Shown in pieces: positions 9,773-18,952 of a DNA stretch of 64,000 nucleotides. The stretch comes from Candidatus Poribacteria bacterium (GTDB taxonomy: Bacteria > Poribacteria > WGA-4E > WGA-3G): NCBI GenBank assembly GCA_965215265.1, contig OZ244048.1:4128001-4192000 (forward strand), read 5' to 3'. The notes beneath the pieces are model-generated. The model was not told where the DNA came from and did no database searches. It was given only the letters and a program-made list of their open reading frames with translations. Position 1 is the stretch's first letter, and each line of letters starts with the position of its first letter. The translations under genes and the position numbers were made by a program.

Positions 9773-10760
9773 GCGCACAAAGATCCTTTTTATCCTTATT
9801 GGGCTACTTCCTATATCTGTATGCATTGCAGCAGGAATCGGTGCCTATCAAATTTTACCATGGCGGATTCCACAAATACTACTTTTTCAGGAAGAGGGTT
9901 TCGCCGTACTAACCTATGTCCGCTTACCACGGGTTATCCTATCAGCAATTGTCGGCGCAATGTTAGCGATATCGGGTGCAACGCTCCAAGGTATCTTCCG
10001 TAATCCACTCGCCGATCCGGGCTTAATTGGTGTCACCGCCGGGGCAGGACTTGGCGCAACAATATGGATTGTCCTAGTTGGAGGCGGGCCTCTAGGCGTG
10101 TGGGGGCTTCCGCTTGCTGCTTTTGGATGTGGAATACTTGTCACAGTCGGAGTCTGGAAAATTGCCGATTCTCATGGGAACGTCCACACGGTAACCTTGC
10201 TTTTGGCAGGTATCGCGCTCAATAGCTTTGCCGGCGCAGGCATCGGCATCATGACGTTCCTCGCAGACGATGAGCAACTCCGCAGTTTAACTTTTTGGTT
10301 ACTCGGGGGTTTTGGGGGCGCGACATGGGCTGTCATTTTCATAACGTTTCCGATATCAATCCTCGGCTTATTTGTACTGCTGCGACTCGCATCTGCCCTA
10401 AATGCGATGAGCTTAGGGGAATCCGAAGCATATCACCTCGGGGTTTCAACGGAATCGTTGAAGCGACAAGCAGTTTTTGGAGTCGCCTTGATTGTCGGGG
10501 CAGCCGTTTCAGCTGCCGGCGGTATCGGTTTCGTAGGACTCATTGTCCCGCACCTCCTCCGGTTGATGGGTGGAGCAGACCATCGTTACGTTTTGCCCGG
10601 TTCTGCATTAGGCGGCGCGATACTGCTCGTGCTAGCTGATCTGCTCGCTCGAACTATTGTCGTACCTGCAGAATTGCCGGTCGGCGTTGTTACAGCACTG
10701 ATTGGCGGTCCTTTTTTTCTCTGGTTATTGCTCAGGTTTAAGCAGGAAATCTTGCTATAG
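9726..10760 (+). CDS. hmuU: Hemin ABC transporter permease (FecCD family)
   Basis: RLPR, LQGIFRNPLADPGLIGV, IGFVGLIVPH, ELPVG. Confidence 0.9.
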   Translation: MKRKDISSQQGIRKIKRTKILFILIGLLPISVCIAAGIGAYQILPWRIPQILLFQEEGFAVLTYVRLPRVILSAIVGAMLAISGATLQGIFRNPLADPGLIGVTAGAGLGATIWIVLVGGGPLGVWGLPLAAFGCGILVTVGVWKIADSHGNVHTVTLLLAGIALNSFAGAGIGIMTFLADDEQLRSLTFWLLGGFGGATWAVIFITFPISILGLFVLLRLASALNAMSLGESEAYHLGVSTESLKRQAVFGVALIVGAAVSAAGGIGFVGLIVPHLLRLMGGADHRYVLPGSALGGAILLVLADLLARTIVVPAELPVGVVTALIGGPFFLWLLLRFKQEILL

Positions 10761-10761
10761 G

Positions 10762-11055
10762 CTTTTCGTCTACAAGAGCCCGATGCCAATTGCTGTAATG
10801 TAAAATCCTTTACAAATCTCGCTCTTTCGTCTACAGGCGCCCAATAAAGGCGGATGCTATGTTAAATCCCATACAAATCTCCCTGAGCCTTTTGGTGCTT
10901 TGATTTTTAAAGACATAACCTAAGCAGGCTCCGACGAGATGTACACAGTGATTGACACAACATCAGGCATTGTGGGGCTCCAGTATACAAAAAGGCGAGA
11001 TTTACACAGTAATAAACAAAACATAAAGCGTGCTGGTACGGAGATATACGAAAAT
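10762..11055 (+). repeat. Dispersed modular palindromic repeat (two left arms, core, right arms)
   Basis: TTCGTCTACA..TACAAATCTC left arms; GACGAGAT..GGTACGGAGATATAC right arm. Confidence 0.65.
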
Positions 11056-11847
11056 ATGATTGAACTAAAACAGATCGGTTATTGCATCGGTGAGAAGTGG
11101 TTAGTCCGTAACATCAGCGTCACTATTGAAACAGGAACACTGTGCTGCCTTATCGGACCTAACGGTGCCGGTAAATCCACCCTACTGCGCTTGATGTCAG
11201 GCGAACTTGTCCCTACAACCGGCGAAATACGGCTCTTCGGCAACCCCCATCAACCGATTCACAACTACGAACCCAGAAAATTCGCCAAAATACGCGGATA
11301 CTTGCAACAAAAACGGGAGATGAACTTCCCTTTTACCAGCTTGGAGATTGTTCTGCTCGGACGCTATCCGCACCTTAACGGAAAAAAAGAGAGTCGGCGT
11401 GACGTTGAGATTGCGGAAGACGCACTCTACGAAGTTGAAGCAGATACGCTCTCCGAACGGCTCTATCTGACTTTATCCGGCGGAGAGGCAAGTCGCGTCG
11501 ATGTCGCACGGATTCTCGCACAAAGCCCCCAACTCTTTTTATTAGATGAACCCACAAATCACCTCGACCCAAAACACCAAATCCAGATACTCAATTTGTG
11601 TAAAATGCTTTGTGCGACAGGGAAAACTGTCATTACCGCAATCCATGATTTGAATCTCGCAGCGATGTATGCCGATAGGCTTTTGATGTTAAAAGACGGT
11701 GTTCCTGTAGCGTGTGGCACACCGAAAGCGGTATTAACTTTGAATCAGTTATCTGAAGTCTACGGTATCTCATTTGACATCTTGTCACATCCGAGCGGCA
11801 CCCCGTGGGTTATTCCAAAGTTAGATTGTTTTGCGAGAAAAGACTAA
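11056..11847 (+). CDS. hmuV: Hemin ABC transporter ATP-binding protein
   Basis: GPNGAGKST, LSGGE, LLDEPTNHLD, HDLNLA. Confidence 0.9.
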   Translation: MIELKQIGYCIGEKWLVRNISVTIETGTLCCLIGPNGAGKSTLLRLMSGELVPTTGEIRLFGNPHQPIHNYEPRKFAKIRGYLQQKREMNFPFTSLEIVLLGRYPHLNGKKESRRDVEIAEDALYEVEADTLSERLYLTLSGGEASRVDVARILAQSPQLFLLDEPTNHLDPKHQIQILNLCKMLCATGKTVITAIHDLNLAAMYADRLLMLKDGVPVACGTPKAVLTLNQLSEVYGISFDILSHPSGTPWVIPKLDCFARKD

Positions 11848-11964
11848 GCAGCATGCTTTGCTTGAACAAACGTTATTTCACACCAAGCGCTCTACAGAAA
11901 GTCACGAATTGCAGCTAGTCCCTACTAGAAGAGACATCCTCGCATGATACTGCAAAATCCGCGT

Positions 11965-12133
11965 TGAGTCTCGGCAAAAAAAAGTTTGCCAAAAAGTGTT
12001 GTTTTCTGATAGAATGTTTTTGTCTATTTTTTCAGAAATAAAAAAAGAGCCAAAAAGTGTTGTTTTCTGATAAACTTTACCGTTGCTATAACGGCATAGA
12101 TACTGTACATCATCGTACGAAAGGATATTTGAA
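11965..12133 (+). promoter_or_regulatory. Promoter repeats and leader shared with the inverted module at 24.6-25.3 kb
   Basis: GCCAAAAAGTGTTGTTTTCTGATA twice; homologous to the reverse complement of 25200-25285 and 24620-24685. Confidence 0.55.
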
Positions 12134-12742
12134 ATGAAAGATTGGAAGAACCCGCAAAAATGTGTGGTAGTTTTATTAGGGGGGCTGGTGTTAGTGTTTG
12201 CCTGCTACGGGCTGGTAAGAGCGCAACACGGCTTGATGCCGGCTCCCTCAGAGACGCGGCACGTCTCCCCGCCGGTTGGGGGGCTTGCAGGGCTCGAGAG
12301 TGACTTGCCTACAGTGTCCGCTGACTCGGTTTCTCCTGAAACGGTTGCAGAGTGGTTGTCGCTGTTACGTGCCAACAATGACGGCTCAGCCGTCTTTGCG
12401 CAAGGGATAGCAAACCTCGAACAGGTGCTAACCGAGATGCAGCCTGTGGCGCGGCCGCGGCTGTTAGCGAACTATCCGAATCCGTTCAACCCAGAGACGT
12501 GGATACCGTATCAGTTGGCAGTGCCAGCGGATGTAGAGGTGTCCATCTATGCGTTGGACGGGCGTTTGGTTAGGACGTTAGCGTTGGGGCATCAAGCGGC
12601 GGGCCGCTACGAGAGCAAGGCGCGCGCCGCGTATTGGGATGGGCGTAACGAGCATGGTGAGCGTGTTGCGAGTGGTATCTATTTCTATACGCTGCGTGCG
12701 GGTGATTTCTCCGCCACGCAGAAGATGTTGATAAGGAAGTAA
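12134..12742 (+). CDS. Secreted protein with FlgD-Ig / T9SS-type-A-like C-terminal domain
   Basis: Signal peptide; LLANYPNPFNPETWIPYQL...YWDGRN..GE.VASGIYFY...MLIRK. Confidence 0.85.
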   Translation: MKDWKNPQKCVVVLLGGLVLVFACYGLVRAQHGLMPAPSETRHVSPPVGGLAGLESDLPTVSADSVSPETVAEWLSLLRANNDGSAVFAQGIANLEQVLTEMQPVARPRLLANYPNPFNPETWIPYQLAVPADVEVSIYALDGRLVRTLALGHQAAGRYESKARAAYWDGRNEHGERVASGIYFYTLRAGDFSATQKMLIRK

Positions 12743-12891
12743 AGGGAGAGAGAGGTGTAAGGGGGTGTGTGCCGTCTGCGTTTGACGCGGCGGCCCCGCC
12801 TCCAAGCACTCATATTTAGCGGCGAGCATTTCGCGGCATTTAGAGGTATGTAATGTATGATAAAAACGTGTCAAAGGTTTGGAGGTGTTTG

Positions 12892-15630
12892 ATGTATGCT
12901 AAAAGCGTGTCAATGATGTTGTCGATGTTGGCGTGTGTTCTCACGGTTTTGAGTTTGGGCGTTTTGTGCAATGTGTGTGCGCAAGGGGTAAGCGTGGCTG
13001 CGGATGTCGGCATGCTTTCGGCTGTGAAAGGTGATGCGGATGTGAATGGTGATGGCCGTGTGGATATAGTGGATTTGGCCCTGGTAGCGGCGCGCCTGGG
13101 AACCCGCGGTAACAGTTCGGCAGATTTGAACGGGAATAGGGTAGTGGATATAGGGGACGTGGCGTTAGTAGCGGCGGGGTTTAACGGTGCAGCGTCTGCG
13201 CCTGCGGTGCCTGCGTCTGCGCCTGCAGGAATGGTGCTCATCCCCGCGGGCGAGTTCCAGATGGGCAGCGATGCTGCTGATGCGCGGGATAACGAGCAGC
13301 CTGTGCGGAGGGTGCATGTGGACGCGTTCTATATGGATACGCACGAAGTGACTAACGCCGAGTATAAAAGTTTTGTGCTGGCGAATCCCGAGTGGCAGAA
13401 GACGCGGATTCCACGTGCACTCCATGATGGTAATTACCTAAAACGTTGGGAAGGTAATAACTATCCAGTGGGTAAGGGGGACCATCCTGTGACGTATGTG
13501 TCGTGGTATGGTGCGATGGCATATTCTGCGTGGGCAGGGAAGCGTCTTCCAACGGAGGCGGAATGGGAGAAAGCGGCACGCGGTGGGGAGGCAGGTCTGA
13601 AGTATCCGTGGGGAGACACGATAACGCCGAACGATGCGAACTACGATAGGAATGTAGACGATACGACTTCTGTGGGGCGTTATGCTGCGAACGGGTATGG
13701 GCTGTTCGACATGGCTGGGAACGTTCACGAGTGGTGCCTTGATGAATGGGATAAGACATTTTATGCTGCGTCTCCGTCTCGTAATCCGCTGCGTGGTGTG
13801 TCTGGTAGTACGCTTGCGAATGTGGCTGAGATTGTAGCGGACTACACAGGCGTAAATGTGAACTTAAAGCGGGTTTTGCGGGGTGGTAATTGGCGTGCTG
13901 ATGCACGTTACCTGCGCGTCACCGATAGGTTCAAAAGGGAGCCGACGTTCACGGAAAGCTTCGCCGGGTTTCGTTGTGTGAGTGCAGAGCCACCGCCGGA
14001 GCTCCCCACACCGCCGGAACCACCCACACCGCCGGAGCCACCCGCACTGGAGCCGGAGCCACCCGCACCGCAGGCACCTGCAGGGATGGCACTCATCCCC
14101 GCGGGCACCTTCCAGATGGGCAGCAACGATGCCGAGGCCGATGGTGACGAGCAGCCTGTGCGGAGGGTGCATGTGGACGCGTTCTACATGGATACGCACG
14201 AAGTGACGAACGCCGAGTATAGAAGTTTTGTGCTGGCGAACCCGCAGTGGCGGAAGACGCGGATTCCGGATGCCCTCCATGATGGTAATTACCTAAGCGA
14301 TTGGGACGGTAATAAGTATCCTAAGCGTAAGGGGGACCATCCTGTGGTGAATGTGTCGTGGTATGCGGCGATGGCTTATGCGGCGTGGGCAGGGAAGCGT
14401 CTGCCAACGGAGGCGGAGTGGGAGAAAGCGGCGCGCGGCGGTTGGCTAGGGTTAAAGTATCCGTGGGGAAAGACGATATCCTCTGTGCATGCGAACTACG
14501 GTAGGAATGTAGGGGACACCCGTCCTGTGGGGAGTTATGCGGCGAACGGGTATGGGCTGTTCGACATGGCCGGCAACGTTTACGAGTGGTGCCTTGATGC
14601 GTATAATGATGATTTCTATTCTGCGTCTCCGTCTCGTAATCCGCTGAGTGGAGTGTCTGGCAGTATGCTCGCGAATCTGGCTGAGATTGTAGATAACTAT
14701 ACCAATATTGAGTCTCATCGCGTGTTGCGTGGCGGTAGCTGGTCTTTTGATTCACTCTTCCTGCGTGCCGCTAATCGCCGCGGAGATACCCCTACGGACA
14801 CCAATGGCAGCTACGGGTTCCGGTGTGCGAGGGCTGTGACTCCTTCCGTGCCGCCGGCACCTGCAGGGATGGCAATCATTCCCGCTGGTGCCTTCCAGAT
14901 GGGCAGCAACGATGCTGAGGCCCATGGTGACGAGCAGCCTGTGCACACGGTGCATGTGGGCGCGTTCTACATGGACACACACGAAGTGACGAACGCCGAG
15001 TATAAAAGTTTTGTGCTTGCGAATCCCGAGTGGCAGAAGACGCGGATTCCGGATGCCTTCCACAGAGGTAATTACCTATGGCATTGGGAAGGTAATAACT
15101 ATCCAGTGGGTAAGGGGGACCATCCTGTGACGTATGTGTCGTGGTATGCGGCGATGGCGTATGCTGCGTGGGCAGGGAAGCGTCTTCCAACGGAGGCGGA
15201 GTGGGAGAAAGCGGCCCGCGGTGGGTTAGTTGGTAAGAAATACCCATGGGGGGACACGATAACGCCGGACGATGCGAACTACGGTAATAATGTAGGCGGT
15301 ACAACGGCTGTGGGGAGTTATGCTGCGAACGGGTATGGGCTATATAATATGGCCGGCAACGTGTCGGAGTGGTGTCTTGATGCGCATAATGATGATTTCT
15401 ATTCTGCGTCTCCGTCTCGTAATCCGCTGAGTGGAGTGTCTGGCAGTACGCTCGCGAATCTGGATGAGATTGTAGATAACTATACCAATATTGAGTCTCA
15501 TCGCGTGCTGCGCGGCGGTACCTGGGGCTTTCTTTCACGAACCCTGCGTGCCGCGGATCGCATCAGGTCTTCACCAACGCACACGACCGCCTACCGCGGG
15601 TTCCGGTGTGCGAGGGCTGTTACGCCTTAA
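12892..15630 (+). CDS. Secreted dockerin + three tandem FGE-sulfatase (SUMF1/CLec-fold) domains; candidate DGR target
   Basis: DVNGDGRVDIVDL dockerin; 3x FQMGS..RLPTEAEWEKAARGG..NGYGL.DMAGNV.EW..RGG.W..GFRC; GGAGG before ATG 12892 (alternative start 12853). Confidence 0.9.
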   Translation: MYAKSVSMMLSMLACVLTVLSLGVLCNVCAQGVSVAADVGMLSAVKGDADVNGDGRVDIVDLALVAARLGTRGNSSADLNGNRVVDIGDVALVAAGFNGAASAPAVPASAPAGMVLIPAGEFQMGSDAADARDNEQPVRRVHVDAFYMDTHEVTNAEYKSFVLANPEWQKTRIPRALHDGNYLKRWEGNNYPVGKGDHPVTYVSWYGAMAYSAWAGKRLPTEAEWEKAARGGEAGLKYPWGDTITPNDANYDRNVDDTTSVGRYAANGYGLFDMAGNVHEWCLDEWDKTFYAASPSRNPLRGVSGSTLANVAEIVADYTGVNVNLKRVLRGGNWRADARYLRVTDRFKREPTFTESFAGFRCVSAEPPPELPTPPEPPTPPEPPALEPEPPAPQAPAGMALIPAGTFQMGSNDAEADGDEQPVRRVHVDAFYMDTHEVTNAEYRSFVLANPQWRKTRIPDALHDGNYLSDWDGNKYPKRKGDHPVVNVSWYAAMAYAAWAGKRLPTEAEWEKAARGGWLGLKYPWGKTISSVHANYGRNVGDTRPVGSYAANGYGLFDMAGNVYEWCLDAYNDDFYSASPSRNPLSGVSGSMLANLAEIVDNYTNIESHRVLRGGSWSFDSLFLRAANRRGDTPTDTNGSYGFRCARAVTPSVPPAPAGMAIIPAGAFQMGSNDAEAHGDEQPVHTVHVGAFYMDTHEVTNAEYKSFVLANPEWQKTRIPDAFHRGNYLWHWEGNNYPVGKGDHPVTYVSWYAAMAYAAWAGKRLPTEAEWEKAARGGLVGKKYPWGDTITPDDANYGNNVGGTTAVGSYAANGYGLYNMAGNVSEWCLDAHNDDFYSASPSRNPLSGVSGSTLANLDEIVDNYTNIESHRVLRGGTWGFLSRTLRAADRIRSSPTHTTAYRGFRCARAVTP
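15502..15630 (+). other. DGR-like variable region (VR) with invariant 3' end (IMH-like)
   Basis: Codon positions 1-2 vary and position 3 is mostly fixed when compared with paralogous segments 14719-14826 and 22262-22364. Confidence 0.65.
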
Positions 15631-15643
15631 ATCTTTACCCCGT

Positions 15644-15663
15644 CCGAGCTGCATGCAGCTCGG
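15644..15663 (+). other. GC-rich palindrome after the VR (DGR target hairpin-like)
   Basis: CCGAGCTGC-AT-GCAGCTCGG; homolog at 22200-22219 has a compensatory pair. Confidence 0.65.
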
Positions 15664-15689
15664 CTTATGCGCAGCGAAAGATAAAAGCA

Positions 15690-15735
15690 GAGGTGTGATG
15701 GTGAGTAGGCCGTGTGCCGAATGCTATCACACCTC
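15690..15735 (+). repeat. Hairpin repeat R, copy 1 (loop-E-like structured element)
   Basis: GAGGTGTGATGGT-GAGTA-GGC-CGTGT-GCC-GAAT-GCTATCACACCTC followed by a pyrimidine tract. Confidence 0.75.
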
Positions 15736-15785
15736 TTTCTCTTTCAGGCGATACCCATTTCTCCGCCTGATTTGTTTCTCTTTGC

Positions 15786-15814
15786 TTGACAATGATTCCC
15801 TGATGTGTTATCAT
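15786..15814 (+). promoter_or_regulatory. Sigma70 promoter for rpn
   Basis: TTGACA-17bp-TATCAT with TG extension; retained in copy 2 and in the minus-strand remnant. Confidence 0.55.
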
Positions 15815-15878
15815 AAATAAGAAGTAGGAGTTTTGAGAAGGGAAGCACTTGACAACTGATACGTTTTAGGAGTATAAT

Positions 15879-16979
15879 ATGCAAAAGGGGGACATCCACG
15901 ACTTTTTGTCCGAGATGTCTGTTGCGAACTTTTCCGATCGGAGTATACGCCGCTTATTAGAAAACAGGGAAAACGTCCGGGGCTTGTTAGAAATCGTTGC
16001 GGCAGAACTCGCAGCGTTGATTGACTTTGAGCATCTGGTTCCAATGAATAGGAGCCTGCTGCCCGCCACTCTCCGAGAACAAGAGGCAGACATTGTATAT
16101 CGGGTGCCCTTCAAAAGTGATAGGGATGAGGGTGCGGCAGAGCTGCTCCTCTATCTGCTGATTGAACACCAATCGACGGTAGATGAGACGATGGGATTTC
16201 GTGTGCTTTTCTACATGATGCTGATTTGGGACGCGGAGCGGCGGCGGTGGGCGGCAGAGAAGATGCCGAGAAGAGAGCGTGTATTGCCGCCGATTCTGCC
16301 CGTGGTATTTTACACGGGGGAGCGGCGGTGGGAGAAGCCACTGACACTTGAGGCGCTGATGAATTTGCCCGCGGCGCTCTCTCGATTCGTTCCGAGATTT
16401 GACATCCTATTTCTGAATCTGAAAGGCACAGACAAGGCGACGCTGACAGAGGCGGCGCATCCGTTCGGTTGGCTGATGAGAGTGCTGCAACAAGGAGATT
16501 CAGACAAAGCGTCTATAAGGCGTGCCTTAGTGGAGACTTTGACGCAGTTGGCGGCGCTTGATGCGGCGGATTCGGGGCAGCGGCGGGAAGCGATAATGTA
16601 TCTGGTATCGCTGATTGTGCATCGGCGTCCAAAGGAAGAGCAAGAAGAGTTGATAGAACTGGTAGACCGGCATACGCGTGATATGGAGGTAGCACCGATG
16701 GCAGAGACAATGGCCGAATTCCTCTTAGAACGAGGCATAGCACAAGGCATTGAACAAGGCATTGAACGAGGCATTGAACGAGGGAGAGAACAAGGGGCGT
16801 GCCAGACGGCTATCAAAAATATAACCGCCGTCCTCAACGCACGATTCCCTGACCGTGATATAGAGCCTGCTACGCAGAAACTCGAAACCCTTTCTGATCT
16901 CGAACACCTCGAGCAATTGCTGCTGATAGCCGTCAAAACCGACAGTTTTCAAGCATTCCTACAGGCGTTAGAACTATAG
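15879..16979 (+). CDS. Rpn/YhgA-like recombination-promoting PD-(D/E)xK nuclease (Transposase_31)
   Basis: LREQEADIVYRV, LLIEHQST.D..MGFR, LPPILPVVFYTGE..W; GIEQ/GIER repeats. Confidence 0.9.
   Translation: MQKGDIHDFLSEMSVANFSDRSIRRLLENRENVRGLLEIVAAELAALIDFEHLVPMNRSLLPATLREQEADIVYRVPFKSDRDEGAAELLLYLLIEHQSTVDETMGFRVLFYMMLIWDAERRRWAAEKMPRRERVLPPILPVVFYTGERRWEKPLTLEALMNLPAALSRFVPRFDILFLNLKGTDKATLTEAAHPFGWLMRVLQQGDSDKASIRRALVETLTQLAALDAADSGQRREAIMYLVSLIVHRRPKEEQEELIELVDRHTRDMEVAPMAETMAEFLLERGIAQGIEQGIERGIERGREQGACQTAIKNITAVLNARFPDRDIEPATQKLETLSDLEHLEQLLLIAVKTDSFQAFLQALEL
16698..16979 (+). CDS. Putative in-frame internal small protein RpnS (antitoxin)
   Basis: GGAGGT at 16685, ATG at 16698 in frame; conserved in all three rpn genes. 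Confidence 0.55.
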   Translation: MAETMAEFLLERGIAQGIEQGIERGIERGREQGACQTAIKNITAVLNARFPDRDIEPATQKLETLSDLEHLEQLLLIAVKTDSFQAFLQALEL

Positions 16980-17125
16980 AAACGCATGCACCGAACGCCA
17001 TGGCCGGCCCCGGGCTGCTCTTGTCGGGGTGTCAGGTAGGAACCCTACCGTTATTATGCCCTCTGACAAGCGGAGCATGGAAGGTTGCGTACTATACCGT
17101 GTGAGATGAGCCAAAGATAAAACCC

Positions 17126-17171
17126 GAGGTGTGATGGTGAGTAGGCCGTGCGCCGAATGCTATCACACCTC
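17126..17171 (+). repeat. Hairpin repeat R, copy 2
   Basis: Same as copy 1 with loop CGTGC. Confidence 0.75.
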
Positions 17172-17314
17172 TTTCTCTTTCAGGCGATACCCATTTCTCC
17201 GCCTGATTTGTTTCTCTTTGCTTGACAATGATTCACGGATGTGTTATCATAAATAAGAAGTAGGAGTTTTGAGAAGGGAAGCACTTGACAACTGATACGT
17301 TTTAGGAGTATAAT

Positions 17315-18451
17315 ATGCAAAAGGGGGACATCCACGACTTTTTGTCCGAGATGTCTGTTGCGAACTTTTCCGATCGGAGTATACGCCGCTTATTAGAAAA
17401 CAAGGAAAACGTCCGGGGCTTGTTAGAAATCGTTGCGGCAGAACTCGCAGCGTTGATTGACTTTGAGCATCTGGTTCCAATGAATAGGAGCCTACTGCCC
17501 GCCACTCTCCGAGAACAAGAGGCAGACATTGTATATCGGGTGCCCTTCAAAAGTGATAGGGATGAGGGTGGTGAGGAGCTGCTCCTCTATCTGCTGATTG
17601 AACACCAATCGACGGTAGATGAGACGATGGGATTTCGTGTGCTTTTCTACATGATGCTGATTTGGGACGCGGAGCGGCGGCGGTGGGCGGCAGAGACGGT
17701 GCCGAGAAGAGAGCGTGTATTGCCGCCGATTCTGCCTGTGGTGTTTTACACGGGGGAGCGGCGGTGGGAAAAGCCTCTGACACTTGAGGCGATGATGAAT
17801 TTGCCCGCGGCGCTCTCTCGATTCGTTCCGAGATTTGACATCCTGTTTCTGAATCTGAAAGGCACAGACAAGGCGACGCTGACAGAGGCGGCTCATCCGT
17901 TCGGTTGGCTGATGAGAGTGCTGCAACAAAAAGATTCGGACAAAGCGTCTATAAGCCGGGCGTTACGAGAGACTTTGACGCAGTTGGCGACACTTGATGC
18001 GGCGGATTCAGGGCAGCGTAGGGAAGCGATAATGTATCTGGTATCGCTGATTGTGCATCGGCGTTCAAAGGAAGAGCAAGAAGAGTTGATAGAGCTGGTA
18101 GACCGGCATACGAGTGACATGGAGGTAGCACCGATGGCAGAGACAATGGCCGAATTCCTCTTCGAACGAGGCATAGCACAAGGCATTGAACAAGGCATTG
18201 AACGAGGCATAGCACAAGGCATTGAACAAGGCATTGAACGAGGCATTGAACGAGGGAGAGAACAAGGGGCGTGCCAGACGGCTATCAAAAATATAACCGC
18301 CGTCCTCAACGCACGATTCCCTGACCGTGATATAGAGCCTGCTACGCAGAAACTCGAAACCCTTTCTGATCTCGAACACCTCGAGCAATTGCTGCTGATA
18401 GCCGTCAAAACCGACAGTTTTCAAGCATTCCTACAGGCGTTAGAACTATAG
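17315..18451 (+). CDS. Rpn family nuclease, tandem copy 2
   Basis: Near-identical to 15879 with 36 nt more of the 12-bp GIEQ/GIER repeat; internal GGAGGT-ATG at 18121/18134. Confidence 0.9.
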   Translation: MQKGDIHDFLSEMSVANFSDRSIRRLLENKENVRGLLEIVAAELAALIDFEHLVPMNRSLLPATLREQEADIVYRVPFKSDRDEGGEELLLYLLIEHQSTVDETMGFRVLFYMMLIWDAERRRWAAETVPRRERVLPPILPVVFYTGERRWEKPLTLEAMMNLPAALSRFVPRFDILFLNLKGTDKATLTEAAHPFGWLMRVLQQKDSDKASISRALRETLTQLATLDAADSGQRREAIMYLVSLIVHRRSKEEQEELIELVDRHTSDMEVAPMAETMAEFLFERGIAQGIEQGIERGIAQGIEQGIERGIERGREQGACQTAIKNITAVLNARFPDRDIEPATQKLETLSDLEHLEQLLLIAVKTDSFQAFLQALEL

Positions 18452-18597
18452 AAACGCATGCACCGAACGCCATGGCCGGCCCCGGGCTGCTCTTGTCGGG
18501 GTGTCAGGTAGGAACCCTACCGTTATTATGCCCTCTGACAAGCGGAGCATGGAAGGTTGCGTACTATACCGTGTGAGATGAGCCAAAGATAAAACCC

Positions 18598-18643
18598 GAG
18601 GTGTGATGGTGAGTAGGCCGTGCGCCGAATGCTATCACACCTC
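18598..18643 (+). repeat. Hairpin repeat R, copy 3
   Basis: Identical to copy 2; homology ends about 18663. Confidence 0.75.
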
Positions 18644-18952
18644 TTTCTCTTTCAAGCGATACCGAAGACACATACCACTCTCAAAAAAAATGGGCGTAAG
18701 TGATGATTTTGACAGAAGTAAACAAGACAAGACGATGGAGCAATCCTTGCTAAAGTTGTGTGACTCGATTTTTGGGCGGGGGCGGAGGCGCGTGGATTTT
18801 GCCTCAAAGGGGTATCCAGAACAGAATTTTTGACATCATCGGAGTCAGCCTTAACGATGACAAATCGGTCCTGCGCGATTCCCTCAAAGAGAATGAACGC
18901 CCGTGGTGGTAGATTTCACAGTGCTCGCAACTTGAAGCCTACTGAATACAGA

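Larger units (their letters stand above)
15677..18663 (+). repeat. Tandem duplication R-rpn-R-rpn-R (units of 1436 and 1472 bp)
   Basis: AAAGATAAAA..GAGGTGTGAT restarts at 15677, 17113 and 18585; the two rpn copies are near-identical. Confidence 0.9.

Noticed and set aside
10939-11055. N-terminal ORF extensions of hmuV, 41366, 48683 and 53945
   Set aside because: They run through the non-coding repeat family; downstream starts were preferred.
15879-18451. Calling the rpn copies IS elements
   Set aside because: No terminal inverted repeats, target duplication or DDE motif; Rpn proteins are PD-(D/E)xK nucleases.
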